63,283 nucleotides of DNA, filler included, from Stramenopiles sp. TOSAG23-3 (GCA_900128585.1; 10 parts of 10 records of this genome joined end to end with filler, not necessarily neighbours in it), one strand, 5' to 3'; positions 9,314 through 20,701 are shown, counted from the first letter of the whole stretch. A program made the numbers and translations. The notes: a model not told the origin generated them from the letters alone.

Positions 9314-12019
9314 TTAAGCCTTTACGCTGCCAAAGTGAAAGCTGACCCATTTGTCAAAATTGCGATCGTGAATCTTTGGGTGCCCCTTTTCCCTGTCAGG
9401 CTTAACCCTTCGGTCGTAGGCGTGGAAGGCTGCGAGGACGTCTTTTGCGCGATCACTGCGGCAGAACTCTCGGACATGGCGCAATTTAGACGTCCCTCGT
9501 GCGGGGTGCTGTTTCCCGTAGTTTCTGTCGCTGAACATGCCCTGTGAACGTGTACGTTTAGCTATGTTGGCCGAAGTGTGCTCTTTCCCCAGTCGCATGA
9601 AACGGCTCGGGGAGGTCACTCCAGCAGAATAGATGCCTTTGGCTTGCGCCCCCGTTCCAAACCCAGGGCTGGGCGCGTGGGCCGGCCCGTCCCGTGCCAT
9701 CGCATTTTCTCGCGCGACCGCCCGGTTCTTCATACGTTGCGCCAGCGGCAGGGCAGCAGTGGTCCCGCGAACCTTTGCCCACTCCATTCGATCGTGCCGT
9801 TCATCGTCCAGCTGCCGCTCCTCTTCGATTTTTCGGTGCTTCGCCAGAAACGCTTCCTCTTTCTTTGCGATGATCTCGGCCTCCAGCAAGACCTCGACGA
9901 CTTCTGGGGTGGCAATGTCCAGCGGAGTTTGCCCAAGGTTGTTCTTAACTGCCAGGCTTTCTTTGCCGCCCATGTCATGCAAGTACCGGGCCGCCTCAAC
10001 GTGGCCGTAGACGCACGCCAAATGCAAGGGGGTCATCCCGTACTTGTTCGTCAGTTGGAGGTCTATGCCGTGGTGCTCGTACAGGTAACGGAGCCTGACG
10101 TCGTCTCCCTCTTTCGCCGCCGCGTGGACGCTCGTGCTTTTCAACAGGCACGTGATCATTCTGCAACGGTCTATGTTGGTCTTGTGAAACGATATGCTCC
10201 GCTTCAAGTTTTTTTTCGCGCAGTCTAAGGGAGTGCCGTGGGTTGGGGCGGATATTTTCTTGTTGGCCCCTTGCATCAGCAGGTCCTTCACAATCTCCAG
10301 CTCCCCAGTGTCTGCTGCGTGGTGGAGCGCCGTCGTGCCGTCTTCACAGCGAGAATTCACCCAGCCTTTGTTATGCTTGTGCTGGACGAGGAGGGCGTTC
10401 ACCGACGTTCGGTCCCCAAGCCTCGCGGCGCGCGATAAGTTCCGTGCGAATGCGGTAGACGTGATCGCCGCGATCGCCTTCTGCTTCGCTAGCTTTTCCT
10501 TGATGTGCTTCGGGGGGTACCTCTCTCTAAATTGTTTCTGGGCAGCTTTTTCCGGCCACAGCACCGCTTTTTGCAAGTCTGGTTCCACTTCCTTCAGCGA
10601 GACAGGGCACGGCGCCGGCAGCGTCTCGGCTATTTTCTTCAAATCTTTCGACAGTTCCAGTTTCTCCGCCCTCTTCTCCGGGCTCATGTGGACCAACGTG
10701 GGCGGAATGTACCCCCCGTCGTCGGCTTTCTTGGCCTTCCCACCCATCAGCGTTTTCAATATATCTTTTGCCCCCTGCTTTCCGGCCGCCTGCGTGCTGC
10801 TTTCCCAGAGCACGGCCGGGCCGTTCATTTCTACCGGCCCGCCGCTGCCGAGCAAAAGGCTGGGCTCGCTTGGAATTTTATCGCCAATCAGATGCGGGGG
10901 TAACTGCTCAGGCACGGTTTTCATCGTTAGCTTCATGGTGACGCCACTGTCCAGCGACTGCAGTGCGGACATCAAGCGGTGCAGCTGGGAAGATTGGACC
11001 AGCAATTGAACGTTTACCCCACCACTGTTCACTTGGTCGCTTCTGCCGTAGTCGTAATCCTTTGTCTGCATGGACTCGCAAAACCGTTTTGCAAGCATCG
11101 TGACCGCTCCAACATTTTCATGCGGCACCAACATCGTCCCCTCCACGAAGACCCCGGGGGTTTGAAAAACTTGGTGATCGTAACCGCCGGGCTGGCTGGC
11201 GCTGCTCAGTACAGAATTTAAAATTGTACCGCCGGCCTCTGAAATGACCGCCTCCTTGGCAGTCTTGTACGGAACCTCGTTTCGGGGCTTGGGGGACATG
11301 TTAGGGGTGTCTTGCAAACGGCGACGAATATGGTACGGGTTGCTACTGGTCCGTTGCGATTTCGTACCGATGGGGACGACTACCTTCTTCGAGGACTGGT
11401 CGTATTTGTTTAAGTTGTTGTAGCTTCTAGCCCTCCCCGCGCTGCTCGGGCGATTCCTTCGCGACGCCACGGGCCTGTTGTTCTGCTTATGGTCCATGTG
11501 CTGTACCTTGTGCTGGACGGCGTTCGTTTTGGGCTTCCCCTTGTCCTCCTCCACTTTCCGTGCCACGTAAAAAGGATCGTCTTTGTTCACCTTCTTCTTA
11601 GTACCGCACATTTTTGGCCGGAACGGAAGCGGCCGTTCCGAATATTCAGACTTGTACGGCGGCGGCGGTATTTTGTACAGGCTTCTCAAGCCGTCGCCGT
11701 TCTTTTTGTTCCCTCGCCGCGACGCGCCCGCCGTGTGCGGCCGTTTCTGATTCCGGCGCCGCGGTTTCCCCCCGTTGATTGCGAACTGTTCGAACCAGGT
11801 CGCAGAGTACGGCACCTTTTGCCGTTTTCGCTCCAACTGCTTTGCCGACTGCGGTCGTAAGCTAATGGTTTGGTATTTCCGCACCGGCGTGGCGTTCCCC
11901 GAGGTCGTTACCCCACTGCTGCTGTACAAAAGGTCCTGTATTTCTCGCTGGTACAAGGGAATGTGCCGATCCTTCATTTTGTAGTGCCCCTTCACGGTAG
12001 AAGGTTTGAACCGAGGCAT
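9314..12019 (-). CDS. Ankyrin-repeat protein
   Basis: Ankyrin motifs DGTTALHHAADTGELEIVKDLL, YGMTPLHLACVYGHVEAARYL and LGQTPLDIA. First ATG (MPRFKPS) is at 12019; the ORF track extends to 12103 via a non-ATG start. Confidence 0.85.
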   Translation of the reverse strand: MPRFKPSTVKGHYKMKDRHIPLYQREIQDLLYSSSGVTTSGNATPVRKYQTISLRPQSAKQLERKRQKVPYSATWFEQFAINGGKPRRRNQKRPHTAGASRRGNKKNGDGLRSLYKIPPPPYKSEYSERPLPFRPKMCGTKKKVNKDDPFYVARKVEEDKGKPKTNAVQHKVQHMDHKQNNRPVASRRNRPSSAGRARSYNNLNKYDQSSKKVVVPIGTKSQRTSSNPYHIRRRLQDTPNMSPKPRNEVPYKTAKEAVISEAGGTILNSVLSSASQPGGYDHQVFQTPGVFVEGTMLVPHENVGAVTMLAKRFCESMQTKDYDYGRSDQVNSGGVNVQLLVQSSQLHRLMSALQSLDSGVTMKLTMKTVPEQLPPHLIGDKIPSEPSLLLGSGGPVEMNGPAVLWESSTQAAGKQGAKDILKTLMGGKAKKADDGGYIPPTLVHMSPEKRAEKLELSKDLKKIAETLPAPCPVSLKEVEPDLQKAVLWPEKAAQKQFRERYPPKHIKEKLAKQKAIAAITSTAFARNLSRAARLGDRTSVNALLVQHKHNKGWVNSRCEDGTTALHHAADTGELEIVKDLLMQGANKKISAPTHGTPLDCAKKNLKRSISFHKTNIDRCRMITCLLKSTSVHAAAKEGDDVRLRYLYEHHGIDLQLTNKYGMTPLHLACVYGHVEAARYLHDMGGKESLAVKNNLGQTPLDIATPEVVEVLLEAEIIAKKEEAFLAKHRKIEEERQLDDERHDRMEWAKVRGTTAALPLAQRMKNRAVARENAMARDGPAHAPSPGFGTGAQAKGIYSAGVTSPSRFMRLGKEHTSANIAKRTRSQGMFSDRNYGKQHPARGTSKLRHVREFCRSDRAKDVLAAFHAYDRRVKPDREKGHPKIHDRNFDKWVSFHFGSVKA

Positions 12020-12556
12020 TTTCAGAACGTTCGCCCCGTGCGTAGACCCCTCGGTGCAAATAAATGTATCTACGACCAGCAGCAAACCGCGGCGTTCCAC
12101 CAAGGCCCGGCGGCACGGGGCGTGTATATATAGGTAGGCAAAGCCTTCCTTCCTCTTCGCGTTTACTTAACTGTGATTGCTCAGTTCCATAACTTCAAAC
12201 GCTAAATCTCTTTCACCAATTGGGTTTTCAAAATAAAAAACAAAGAAATCGAATTCTTTAATTATTTCTTTTGCTTTCTCATTGAACCTATAACTCTACG
12301 ATCATGTCCGTTACATATAAAATAAAAAAAACGCGCGCGAGAGTAAGTAGTCCAGCAGAGTCGAGAGAGAGAAGAAGATAAAAGCACAACAAAGGAGGAA
12401 GAAGGAAGAAGGAAGAAGGAGAGACAAGATTGATGATTAAAAATATAATTAAAAAAAAGAGGTAATTATAATACTAATTCCTTATACTAAGATATACTGA
12501 TGACCTATGTTTAGAAGTAATATATAGGTACAACAGGTACAAAACCGTTGTTCATC

Positions 12557-12589
12557 CTAAAACTAAAACTAAAACTAAAACTAAAACTA
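12557..12589. repeat. (CTAAAA)5 microsatellite
   Basis: Read directly from the sequence. Confidence 0.85.
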
Positions 12590-12617
12590 TAAATTGTAAT
12601 CCTCCCGTTTGTTTATT

Positions 12618-12717
12618 NNNNNNNNNNNNNNNNNNNNNNNNNNNNNNNNNNNNNNNNNNNNTTAATTAATTAANNNNNNNNNNNNNNNNNNNNNNNNNNN
12701 NNNNNNNNNNNNNNNNN
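12618..12717. other. Artificial contig linker
   Basis: N44-TTAATTAATTAA-N44. Confidence 0.98.
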
Positions 12718-12754
12718 CCCCACAAATACCCGCACGTCTTACAAAGCTCCATCG

Positions 12755-15700
12755 GTGCATTTTGTGTCGTATGATGTGCCAGCATCTTCAGGTTTGGATA
12801 CCAGAGGATATGTAGCAAATTCTATTTACCCACGTGTCATTGTTACTGGGAGCAGCTTTGGGCTGGGGGTGGTGGAGTGGAATGGGTGCGGATCTCCAGA
12901 GAAGTATGTGGCCGCGCCAAAACTAAAATTTTACTACAAAAATGAAGATGCGGCCAATATCACGTATGAGGCCATAAATTGTGAACTGACCGTTCCGCAC
13001 CAGAAGGCGCTATGTGAAGCAGCACCTGGGGCTGGGAAAGGGCATTATTGGTTTGCAAGCATTGCAGGGGTCCGAGGGGGTAGCTCTAGCAACTCGACAT
13101 CGTACAAGGAACCTGTCATTTTCGGGATAAGCGGTCCGGGGGCAACCCAAGGTAATACCATCGGCGGGCAAAATGTCTACGTCAGTGGGGACTTTTTCGG
13201 CCCCTCCGGTTTTAATTTATCAATAGAAATGAGCTATGGCCAATATCCCAACGCATGGAAGAAAACGGGTAAATATTACCCCCCATACATAGCTGTATGT
13301 GCGGTAACTGTAAACCACGTAGAAATGACCTGTAAAACGGACCAAGGAACCGGGGCAAACCATTCTTGGCTAGTGAGTGTTGCACGCCAAACGCCCTTGC
13401 TGGGATATTTTCACGCCGGGACTTCCTATGGCCCACCGATAATTTATGAAATTGTGAATGAAAACAATTTCCCGTTGTTGCAAGCACGTACACAAGGTCG
13501 ACGCCGATTTCTTATCAAAGGAAATAACTTTGGCCCCCCTAGTCGTGGTCACCACGCCACAGTTTCATATTCTCGGGATAGCATTGAGTACACTGCAACG
13601 GGTTGCAACATAAGCAAGCCTCATGTAGAAATTCAGTGCCGAACCGTGCCAGGAGCAGGGACTTCCTATGCGTTAACACTGTACATTGATGAACAAAAAA
13701 GTGTCGTTGCATCCACTAGCTATGGTCTTCCAGAAATTACAAATATATATGGGGCTGCGAGCAACGGCATAGAAGATGGAAACGAAACGGTTTTCCTTGA
13801 GGGAAAAAATTTTGGGCCGTCAACAAATTTTATTGATGCAGTTACTTATGGAGAAACAGGAAAAGAGTATAAAGCTGAGTGCATTAATCTCGGGCACTCT
13901 TTGTTAACCTGCAAAACTGCGGCTGGGGTAGGGCAAAACTTGCTTTGGAGTGTCATGATTATGGGCCAAAGCAACATAGTGAGCAATACAACCTCCTCCT
14001 ACGCCCTCCCAAACATACTCCACTCGGTTCCTACTGTTTTGGGAACCCAGGGACCATTTATAGTGGAGCTTCATGGTTCAAATTTTGGATTGCTGGACTC
14101 CGCACCAAAGCCGGCCTCCATCCTCGTGGAGATCAGTCATGCAAATTCTGTAGAAGATGTTGAGATCATCAGGTGGGACGGCAATCAGCATTTGTCCTAC
14201 GTTGAAACTTTCGGTCGCCAAGTCGTGTCGTTCCAGGCCCCACCTCTGCAGTGCGCAGAATGCCTGGCGCACATCAAAGTGCGGATGAAGCTTGTCTCTT
14301 ATTCTGGCGTTGAAATGTTTTCAAATTATCTAGAAATACCGTTTGAACCCCCTGTCATTGAAACTATTTACGTTATCGGTGGAATTACTGCCACATCTAG
14401 ACGATTGCAAGTAAGGGGAATGGGGTTTGGGGCAGCGGGAGACGTTTTTGTGCGCGTTCACAACCAATCTGAAAGTAAGTTGCCCCAGCACGGTGCTAGT
14501 CCTCTTGCAACGGGGTCATATGTAGTCTCATATGGCCACAAAGCAGTAGACGTAGAATTTGCGGGTTTCCAAGGCGCTTTGCTAATTAGACGGGCCGGGG
14601 AATCTTCAGCGCTAATGGAATTTTCTCAAATGTCGCCCGAAATACTTTCAGATCATGAAGGGACGCTTTTCATGAAGTCAGACCTTATGTTTTCAGACCA
14701 AGAAACTTTAGGATTCGAATCCCTTGGTTACATACCCTCCCAATGCCGATACATTGGATTTGAAAGTGATCCCGCCTGTTTGTTCTTTGACGTAACTTAC
14801 AACAGTAGATCCGAAGATTTAAATGCGCCCAACGTCGCTGCGCACCCATTGGTGTTCCCAACAGGTGGGTACAACAACGATTCAAGCACGGGGCACATCA
14901 TCTTTCTTTGCAGAAACTGCGGTGCAGGCTTCACCGAATCCCAGACTATTGACCTGCGGGTATTTGTGGGGGAAGATAATTCCAATAGGAAAGAGTGCAT
15001 CATTGTCCCCCCCACAATTTACGATACTCAAACGGACACTCTACAGGTGCGATGCCAGGTACCGCCGGGGGAAACTGGGAATGTGCCGATTCAATTACGA
15101 TGGGGGTCTGACTTAAGTCCTACCTACCCAATCGCTTACCGCCAACCTTCCATTGATGAGGTTACCCTGGTAGGAAGGAACTCATCTACTCAACGCTTTG
15201 CTAAACCTCTCAGCAAAGAAGACATGAAGGTATGTACCATGGATGCCTCAAAAGGAACGCAGTGCGCTTGCCGATTGTACAAAATGGATTGCGAGGGTAA
15301 ACAGTGGAAAGTACCATGTGTATGGAGCCCCATATCTTCGGTAGGGTGCGTCATTTCACTTTTTAGTACAGGACAAAATGTTTCTGTGTTAGGGAAAAAC
15401 TTTGGGACCAGCATCGAGTTTATTTCCCTCTTTTGGGGCGACATTGCGCTGCCGGTGTACTCATACATGAATCGGAACGATGGGACCTACGAGGTCCTGG
15501 GAGGTCTTCCCGAGGGCATGGACCACACGGTTCGGTACATCGCCATTACAGTTGCCGGGCAATCTTCTGAACCGTCTGAGACAAATCTTGGTTCCAAAAT
15601 ATTTCCCATACGATACGGGAGCGCTGAAATTAGCCGTCTTGACCTTGGACAAAATACCAGAACTGCAGGAGGTTCCCTCGCTTATGTTCAAGGGATAAAT

Positions 15701-18700
15701 TTCGGCAATGTGTTTTCATATGTGCAAGTGCTGATCGGAGGTAGGCGGGCGGAAGTAAAAAGCGTACACCATGAATCGATAACTCTTTTGGTAACAGAGG
15801 GACAAGGCAAAGGGCGTCAAATTGTTGTTGTCGTTCTGAACGAAACTACCAAGCCATCCGAACAAACATTTGATTACAGCCCCCCCTCGATTGATGGCAT
15901 TTTGAACGAAGATATACAAAATTTTCCAACATCGGGGCGAAACATTGCAACGAACGAACCTGTGAAAGTACTAATATTTGGAGACAACTTTGGAACAGGG
16001 GAAGAGATCGAAGTATTATTTGGCGACCGAAGTTTCGGTATGGTCGCAGTTCCAACTGAAGTCGGGCATACTCAAGTAAACTTTAGCCTCCCGGCTGGAG
16101 ATGGAGTAAATTTGACAGTGTTTATTCGCGTATCTAATCAAACAGGCTGGAGTTCAAATTTCAATGTGAGCTATGCACCTCCCCAGATATACTTTGTTTC
16201 ATCCAGCAGCGGAAGTTTTCCTCCAAGTGGGTGCAATAAGTTTCACGACAATGTTGTGCCCCCGGCTGTTGGATTGGTGTGCCGCGACCCCACATTTGTG
16301 CTAATTTCGGGGGTAAATTTTGGACGAAAACACGAGATATTTTTTCATAACACAATGACAGGCCAATCGTCCGCCGCAGAAATAGTGAATTCGTCCCATG
16401 TCCAGGCTGTCGTAAAACTTTTCCCGGGGGTCGCCAAAGCAGCTGTGGCGCTAGCAACTATTGGATCCAATAGAGGTACATTTAGCCGGGTGTCAAATGC
16501 AATTACATTCAACTACTTGAGACCGAGGTTGGACGGTGTTGTATTTGGGCAAAGCATCGATACTGCAGTTGCATCAAACACGTATGATGCCCAAGGAGGC
16601 GAGCTGTCTGGGGGGCTTCGCCTGTACTTTTTAGGGGAACACTTCGGGGAAAGAGAGACAGCTCTACAAATAGTTCTTGGGGGGCAAGAATGCATGGACC
16701 CCGTCCATCATGGATGGTCTCAGCCGTATACGCTGAAGCACCAATCGATTAATCCAGGCAGGCCGTACCTGTCTTGCATTCCACAAGAAACCGACGTGGG
16801 CCCAAAGGAGATCATAATCCATGTGGCGTATGTAGTAGGTTTGCACGAAAGTCCCAGTCATAGGAGTAGAGCATCCCGGCTCTTCGCCAGATGTTTCCCT
16901 AATTACTACGGTTTAATTGGAGAGCATTGTGTGGAATGCTGGAACTATGAGTCGCCAACAAAATATAGGCAAACAATAGGAGGAAATCTGAAAACGTACG
17001 CTGCCGTCTGCGACGGTATGTTTGATGGGGCCGTTGGGAATACAGAACCTAATGCAAAGCCAGGGTTTTCCTTGTTGCCCCCCCCGGCTTGTATGTTTAA
17101 AAAAGGATGTTTGTATGACGGGGTTTTGTTAGGGCAGGACCCATCGTGGATACCTGATGCGTGCGTTCCTATTTTAGTGTCGAACATATACGAGTCTGGG
17201 GGGTTTGTTGTCTTTTCGACAGAAGAGCCCCACACTCTGGCTGAAGAAGACGTTGTAGAGGTCATTTTAGCATTGAAAAGCATCGATTTCCTTGGTGGTT
17301 TCAACAATAGTGCCAACAAAATTCAACATTTCTCCTATCGGGCAAATATTATTGACAGTCAAACGTTGAGACTGCTGCTTTCAAATTCTGGCTTTTTTGA
17401 AACTAACTACGCCAAATTGGCAACTTCCCCGTTTGCTTACATCGCTCAGCCTAGCTGCTTACAAGCGCTAGGGCCAGGGAAAATATGCCACCCAGAGAGG
17501 TTCAACGGCACGCTGACGAAACATCCAATCGAGGGGACCCCCCACCGCTACGCTTGCCCGTATGTGATGCCGTGTGAACCTCGTTCCGCTTGTGGAATAA
17601 ATGGTTCCTGTGATTTTGGTTACACTTCGTACTACGAAGCCTACAGAAACGGCAAGTGCGACCGGCTTCATTTCACACTCCCCAGCGGAGAATGTTTTGC
17701 TCCTAGATGCGGTTTGTGCGATGTATCGGAGGAAAACCCACATTTTCGACTGGAGGGGATTTGCGTCGCATGTCCAGCTATTCCATGGTTGCTGCCCGCT
17801 ATAATGGTTTTTGTGGCGATATGCGGCTGCGTTTTCATGGTTGTAATGTCTCGCTCCAAAGTGAGCAGGAACGTCCTGCGCATTGGCATCGATTATTTTC
17901 AAGTCCTTGCAATGTTTCGTACTGCCAAAGTTGCATGGCCAATGGAAATCAATTTTTTGCTCCAGTATTTCCAATTTTTCCAAATGGACATTGATCTGAC
18001 TGCTCCTGAATGCGCTTTTAGGGGTCTCGTTACTTTCGAAGGAAAATTTATTTTGAAGGTCACGTTGCCGTTTTTGGCAGGAGTTTTCGTGTCCGTTATC
18101 TACGTAATTGTATTCGTTTTGCAAAGTGCGCGTTTAGTAGTTAAAAAAATTTGCACAAAGCGAGCCGCGACTTCGTCGGGGGCTGCCGGAGAAAAGAGGC
18201 CATTGTCGATTTTAATCGTGGTCAACTTGGTCTTAACATTGGTGTATTTTCTGTACTTGACTGTGTGCAGGGCAGCGTTTGACATTTTGAATTGCCAAGA
18301 CACGATTCCTTCCACGGGCCGCTGGTACATGGTGTCTCGACCTCTTGAAGAATGCTACGTCGAAGGAGGGCTTCAGAATAGATTGATGCCCCTTGCGGTT
18401 CTAGTCATAATCGTGTATGGAGCTGGATTGCCCATCGGAATCGCTGCTGTATTTGTAATATTGAGGAAGAGGATAGTTGCGGACCAATTGCTCCGTGTGC
18501 ATGACAAAGGAGACACCCATGGTTCTAACCCAAACTATGCATTGCGGCGGGGCTGTGGACAAATGTATTCTATGTATCAACCAAAATTTTACTTGTGGTC
18601 TTGCACGATTATGTTTCGGAAGCTGCTGCTTTGTGCCGTCGCTGTGATGTTTAAAGAAAACCCAACGTTTCAGTTGGCTGGAACATTAGCGATAATGTTT

Positions 18701-18943
18701 GGCGCGTTCATATTACAAATAAAAGCGAACCCCTACTTAGATATACAAGAGCGTTCGCGCATAATGCGCGAGGAAGCTGAGAAGAATATATTAGCGGAAG
18801 TTTTACGATTGGAGCGACAATCAATGTTGGCAAGAGCGCAATCCGGGTCGTCGTATGCCCAACTGATGCATGATATGCGATCACAAATCGATGTCCAGGA
18901 CAAAATTATGAGTAAGCATAAGCACGACATTCTGAACCTGTAA
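12755..18943 (+). CDS. Giant IPT/TIG-repeat cell-surface protein with Cys-rich stalk and multi-TM C-terminus (partial at both ends)
   Basis: Many IPT-like units (GGQNVYVSGDFFG, LIKGNNFG, FLEGKNFG, YVQGINFG) ending in xY-xxP-xI, then a Cys-rich region and about 7 hydrophobic segments. The apparent stop overlaps a GTAAGT splice-donor consensus at 18940. Confidence 0.85.
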   Translation: MHFVSYDVPASSGLDTRGYVANSIYPRVIVTGSSFGLGVVEWNGCGSPEKYVAAPKLKFYYKNEDAANITYEAINCELTVPHQKALCEAAPGAGKGHYWFASIAGVRGGSSSNSTSYKEPVIFGISGPGATQGNTIGGQNVYVSGDFFGPSGFNLSIEMSYGQYPNAWKKTGKYYPPYIAVCAVTVNHVEMTCKTDQGTGANHSWLVSVARQTPLLGYFHAGTSYGPPIIYEIVNENNFPLLQARTQGRRRFLIKGNNFGPPSRGHHATVSYSRDSIEYTATGCNISKPHVEIQCRTVPGAGTSYALTLYIDEQKSVVASTSYGLPEITNIYGAASNGIEDGNETVFLEGKNFGPSTNFIDAVTYGETGKEYKAECINLGHSLLTCKTAAGVGQNLLWSVMIMGQSNIVSNTTSSYALPNILHSVPTVLGTQGPFIVELHGSNFGLLDSAPKPASILVEISHANSVEDVEIIRWDGNQHLSYVETFGRQVVSFQAPPLQCAECLAHIKVRMKLVSYSGVEMFSNYLEIPFEPPVIETIYVIGGITATSRRLQVRGMGFGAAGDVFVRVHNQSESKLPQHGASPLATGSYVVSYGHKAVDVEFAGFQGALLIRRAGESSALMEFSQMSPEILSDHEGTLFMKSDLMFSDQETLGFESLGYIPSQCRYIGFESDPACLFFDVTYNSRSEDLNAPNVAAHPLVFPTGGYNNDSSTGHIIFLCRNCGAGFTESQTIDLRVFVGEDNSNRKECIIVPPTIYDTQTDTLQVRCQVPPGETGNVPIQLRWGSDLSPTYPIAYRQPSIDEVTLVGRNSSTQRFAKPLSKEDMKVCTMDASKGTQCACRLYKMDCEGKQWKVPCVWSPISSVGCVISLFSTGQNVSVLGKNFGTSIEFISLFWGDIALPVYSYMNRNDGTYEVLGGLPEGMDHTVRYIAITVAGQSSEPSETNLGSKIFPIRYGSAEISRLDLGQNTRTAGGSLAYVQGINFGNVFSYVQVLIGGRRAEVKSVHHESITLLVTEGQGKGRQIVVVVLNETTKPSEQTFDYSPPSIDGILNEDIQNFPTSGRNIATNEPVKVLIFGDNFGTGEEIEVLFGDRSFGMVAVPTEVGHTQVNFSLPAGDGVNLTVFIRVSNQTGWSSNFNVSYAPPQIYFVSSSSGSFPPSGCNKFHDNVVPPAVGLVCRDPTFVLISGVNFGRKHEIFFHNTMTGQSSAAEIVNSSHVQAVVKLFPGVAKAAVALATIGSNRGTFSRVSNAITFNYLRPRLDGVVFGQSIDTAVASNTYDAQGGELSGGLRLYFLGEHFGERETALQIVLGGQECMDPVHHGWSQPYTLKHQSINPGRPYLSCIPQETDVGPKEIIIHVAYVVGLHESPSHRSRASRLFARCFPNYYGLIGEHCVECWNYESPTKYRQTIGGNLKTYAAVCDGMFDGAVGNTEPNAKPGFSLLPPPACMFKKGCLYDGVLLGQDPSWIPDACVPILVSNIYESGGFVVFSTEEPHTLAEEDVVEVILALKSIDFLGGFNNSANKIQHFSYRANIIDSQTLRLLLSNSGFFETNYAKLATSPFAYIAQPSCLQALGPGKICHPERFNGTLTKHPIEGTPHRYACPYVMPCEPRSACGINGSCDFGYTSYYEAYRNGKCDRLHFTLPSGECFAPRCGLCDVSEENPHFRLEGICVACPAIPWLLPAIMVFVAICGCVFMVVMSRSKVSRNVLRIGIDYFQVLAMFRTAKVAWPMEINFLLQYFQFFQMDIDLTAPECAFRGLVTFEGKFILKVTLPFLAGVFVSVIYVIVFVLQSARLVVKKICTKRAATSSGAAGEKRPLSILIVVNLVLTLVYFLYLTVCRAAFDILNCQDTIPSTGRWYMVSRPLEECYVEGGLQNRLMPLAVLVIIVYGAGLPIGIAAVFVILRKRIVADQLLRVHDKGDTHGSNPNYALRRGCGQMYSMYQPKFYLWSCTIMFRKLLLCAVAVMFKENPTFQLAGTLAIMFGAFILQIKANPYLDIQERSRIMREEAEKNILAEVLRLERQSMLARAQSGSSYAQLMHDMRSQIDVQDKIMSKHKHDILNL

Positions 18944-18975
18944 GTATATGGCATAACCCCCCCCCCCCCCCCCCC

Positions 18976-19075
18976 NNNNNNNNNNNNNNNNNNNNNNNNN
19001 NNNNNNNNNNNNNNNNNNNTTAATTAATTAANNNNNNNNNNNNNNNNNNNNNNNNNNNNNNNNNNNNNNNNNNNN
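18976..19075. other. Artificial contig linker
   Basis: N44-TTAATTAATTAA-N44, preceded by a poly-C contig end. Confidence 0.98.
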
Positions 19076-19491
19076 AACCCTAATATTAACACGACACCAA
19101 GACGAATGATCTCACACAATCCAGGACTGAGGAGGATCTCATCGGGTACAGAACAGAGCAACAAATAATGGAGGAGGAGGAAGACAACGAAGGAAGAAAG
19201 AACAACACAGAACACAAAATAATAAAAAAGAAGAAGAAGAAAGAAGTAGTAAAGAAGTAGTAATAAAAAATAATATAAAATTGAATGAAGAAGAAGAATT
19301 GAGAATAAAAATACACATTGTATATATAGTTAGTAACAAACATAACACGATCTATATGTGTGTGTGCATATGCTAATTAATTATAGTGGAAAGTATTTCA
19401 GCAACGCATTTTGTATCTCTTAAATCAAACAACTTCACACAAACAACTTCACACAACCTTACTCTTTATTTACTAAACGATACATACAATC

Positions 19492-19854
19492 ATGGCAGAC
19501 TCTTGGAAACAAACGGTAGGAGCACTCGAAGAGGGCGAGATTTTTACGAAAGCAGCGCCAGGAAAATGGGCTGGCAAAGAAGGCGGGCACACCCCGGCCA
19601 TCACCAAGAACGACGATGGTTCTTACACCGTCGTCGTCAGCCATGGGATGACCCCAGGGGATGACGACAAAGACGACCACTGGATTGAGTACGTTTACGC
19701 ACGAAATGCAGCTGGCGCCATAGTAGGTATTCAGAAGTTTGTCCCAACGGACGAGAAGCCGACCATTTCCTTCACTGCACCAGAAGGCTCAGGCGCGATC
19801 ACCCCGTTCAGTTACTGCAACTTGCACGGCATGTGGAAAGGCGACAGCATCTAA
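19492..19854 (+). CDS. sor: Superoxide reductase (1Fe neelaredoxin/desulfoferrodoxin catalytic domain)
   Basis: Four-His plus one-Cys iron ligand set in the expected order: GGHTP, SHGM, DHWIE, YCNLHGMW. 120 aa, with no N-terminal desulforedoxin Cys4 domain. Confidence 0.85.
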   Translation: MADSWKQTVGALEEGEIFTKAAPGKWAGKEGGHTPAITKNDDGSYTVVVSHGMTPGDDDKDDHWIEYVYARNAAGAIVGIQKFVPTDEKPTISFTAPEGSGAITPFSYCNLHGMWKGDSI

Positions 19855-20701
19855 AGCGACAAAGTTTTTATGCATACAGAAATCAGAGGTGCGCGTTTGG
19901 CATTCTAATGGTTACTTGGTTCGTTTCGCGCGGTTCTTCTTCGTCACCGTTTTTTGATCTTAAAAAAAGTGCCTCAAGCTCTTTCAACTCGGGGGGGGTA
20001 CGACAGAAGTTATGGAAACAAGCGACGATACATGCGTGCACGTAAATACGTGTATACACGCTGGGGTTCTTTCAACGTTGTGCATGTTTGTTTATGCATT
20101 GCCTATTTATTATCTTTCTTTCGGTCATATATATGCTTATTTACTTAAAATTCCTACGAGTAATTCCAATAATAAACACGATAAAAATTTAGAACACATT
20201 TCCTATTATTTGCAAATATGTTGTGTCCTACTAAATTTTCATCCTTCCTTCGTTCGGGTTTGTTGGATCTCTCTGAAACCATTTTTTAAAAATAATTAAT
20301 TAAAATAATGTTAATTTCATAATCAATCATTATAAAATCATCGTTCAGATTGATTTAAAAAAACCAATTATTAAGAATAATTTATTACCATTTAAAAAGA
20401 AAAGATATTCTTTTATTAATTAGAATAGAATATAAAAAGCATATTACATTGAATATAAAAATATCTTTTTCTCACTAATCCTCATCCATCAAGGTCAGCG
20501 GTCAGCCCGCCCCATTTGGTACCTTATTACAATCAAAAGCCCACGTGGCCCACACAGAAGAAACCCACAGCATTTTTAATCTATTTTCTCCTTCAAGGTG
20601 GTGCTCACGGTATCTTTTTCAATAAAGTCCATTCTTTCAAACACACAACAAATCGTTTGTATCAACCACCACGCAAAACGAAACAAGAAACAATTCGAAT
20701 A

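Noticed and set aside
12557-12589. (CTAAAA)5 as a telomeric repeat
   Set aside because: Short, not at the very contig end, and lacks a G/C-rich telomeric unit.
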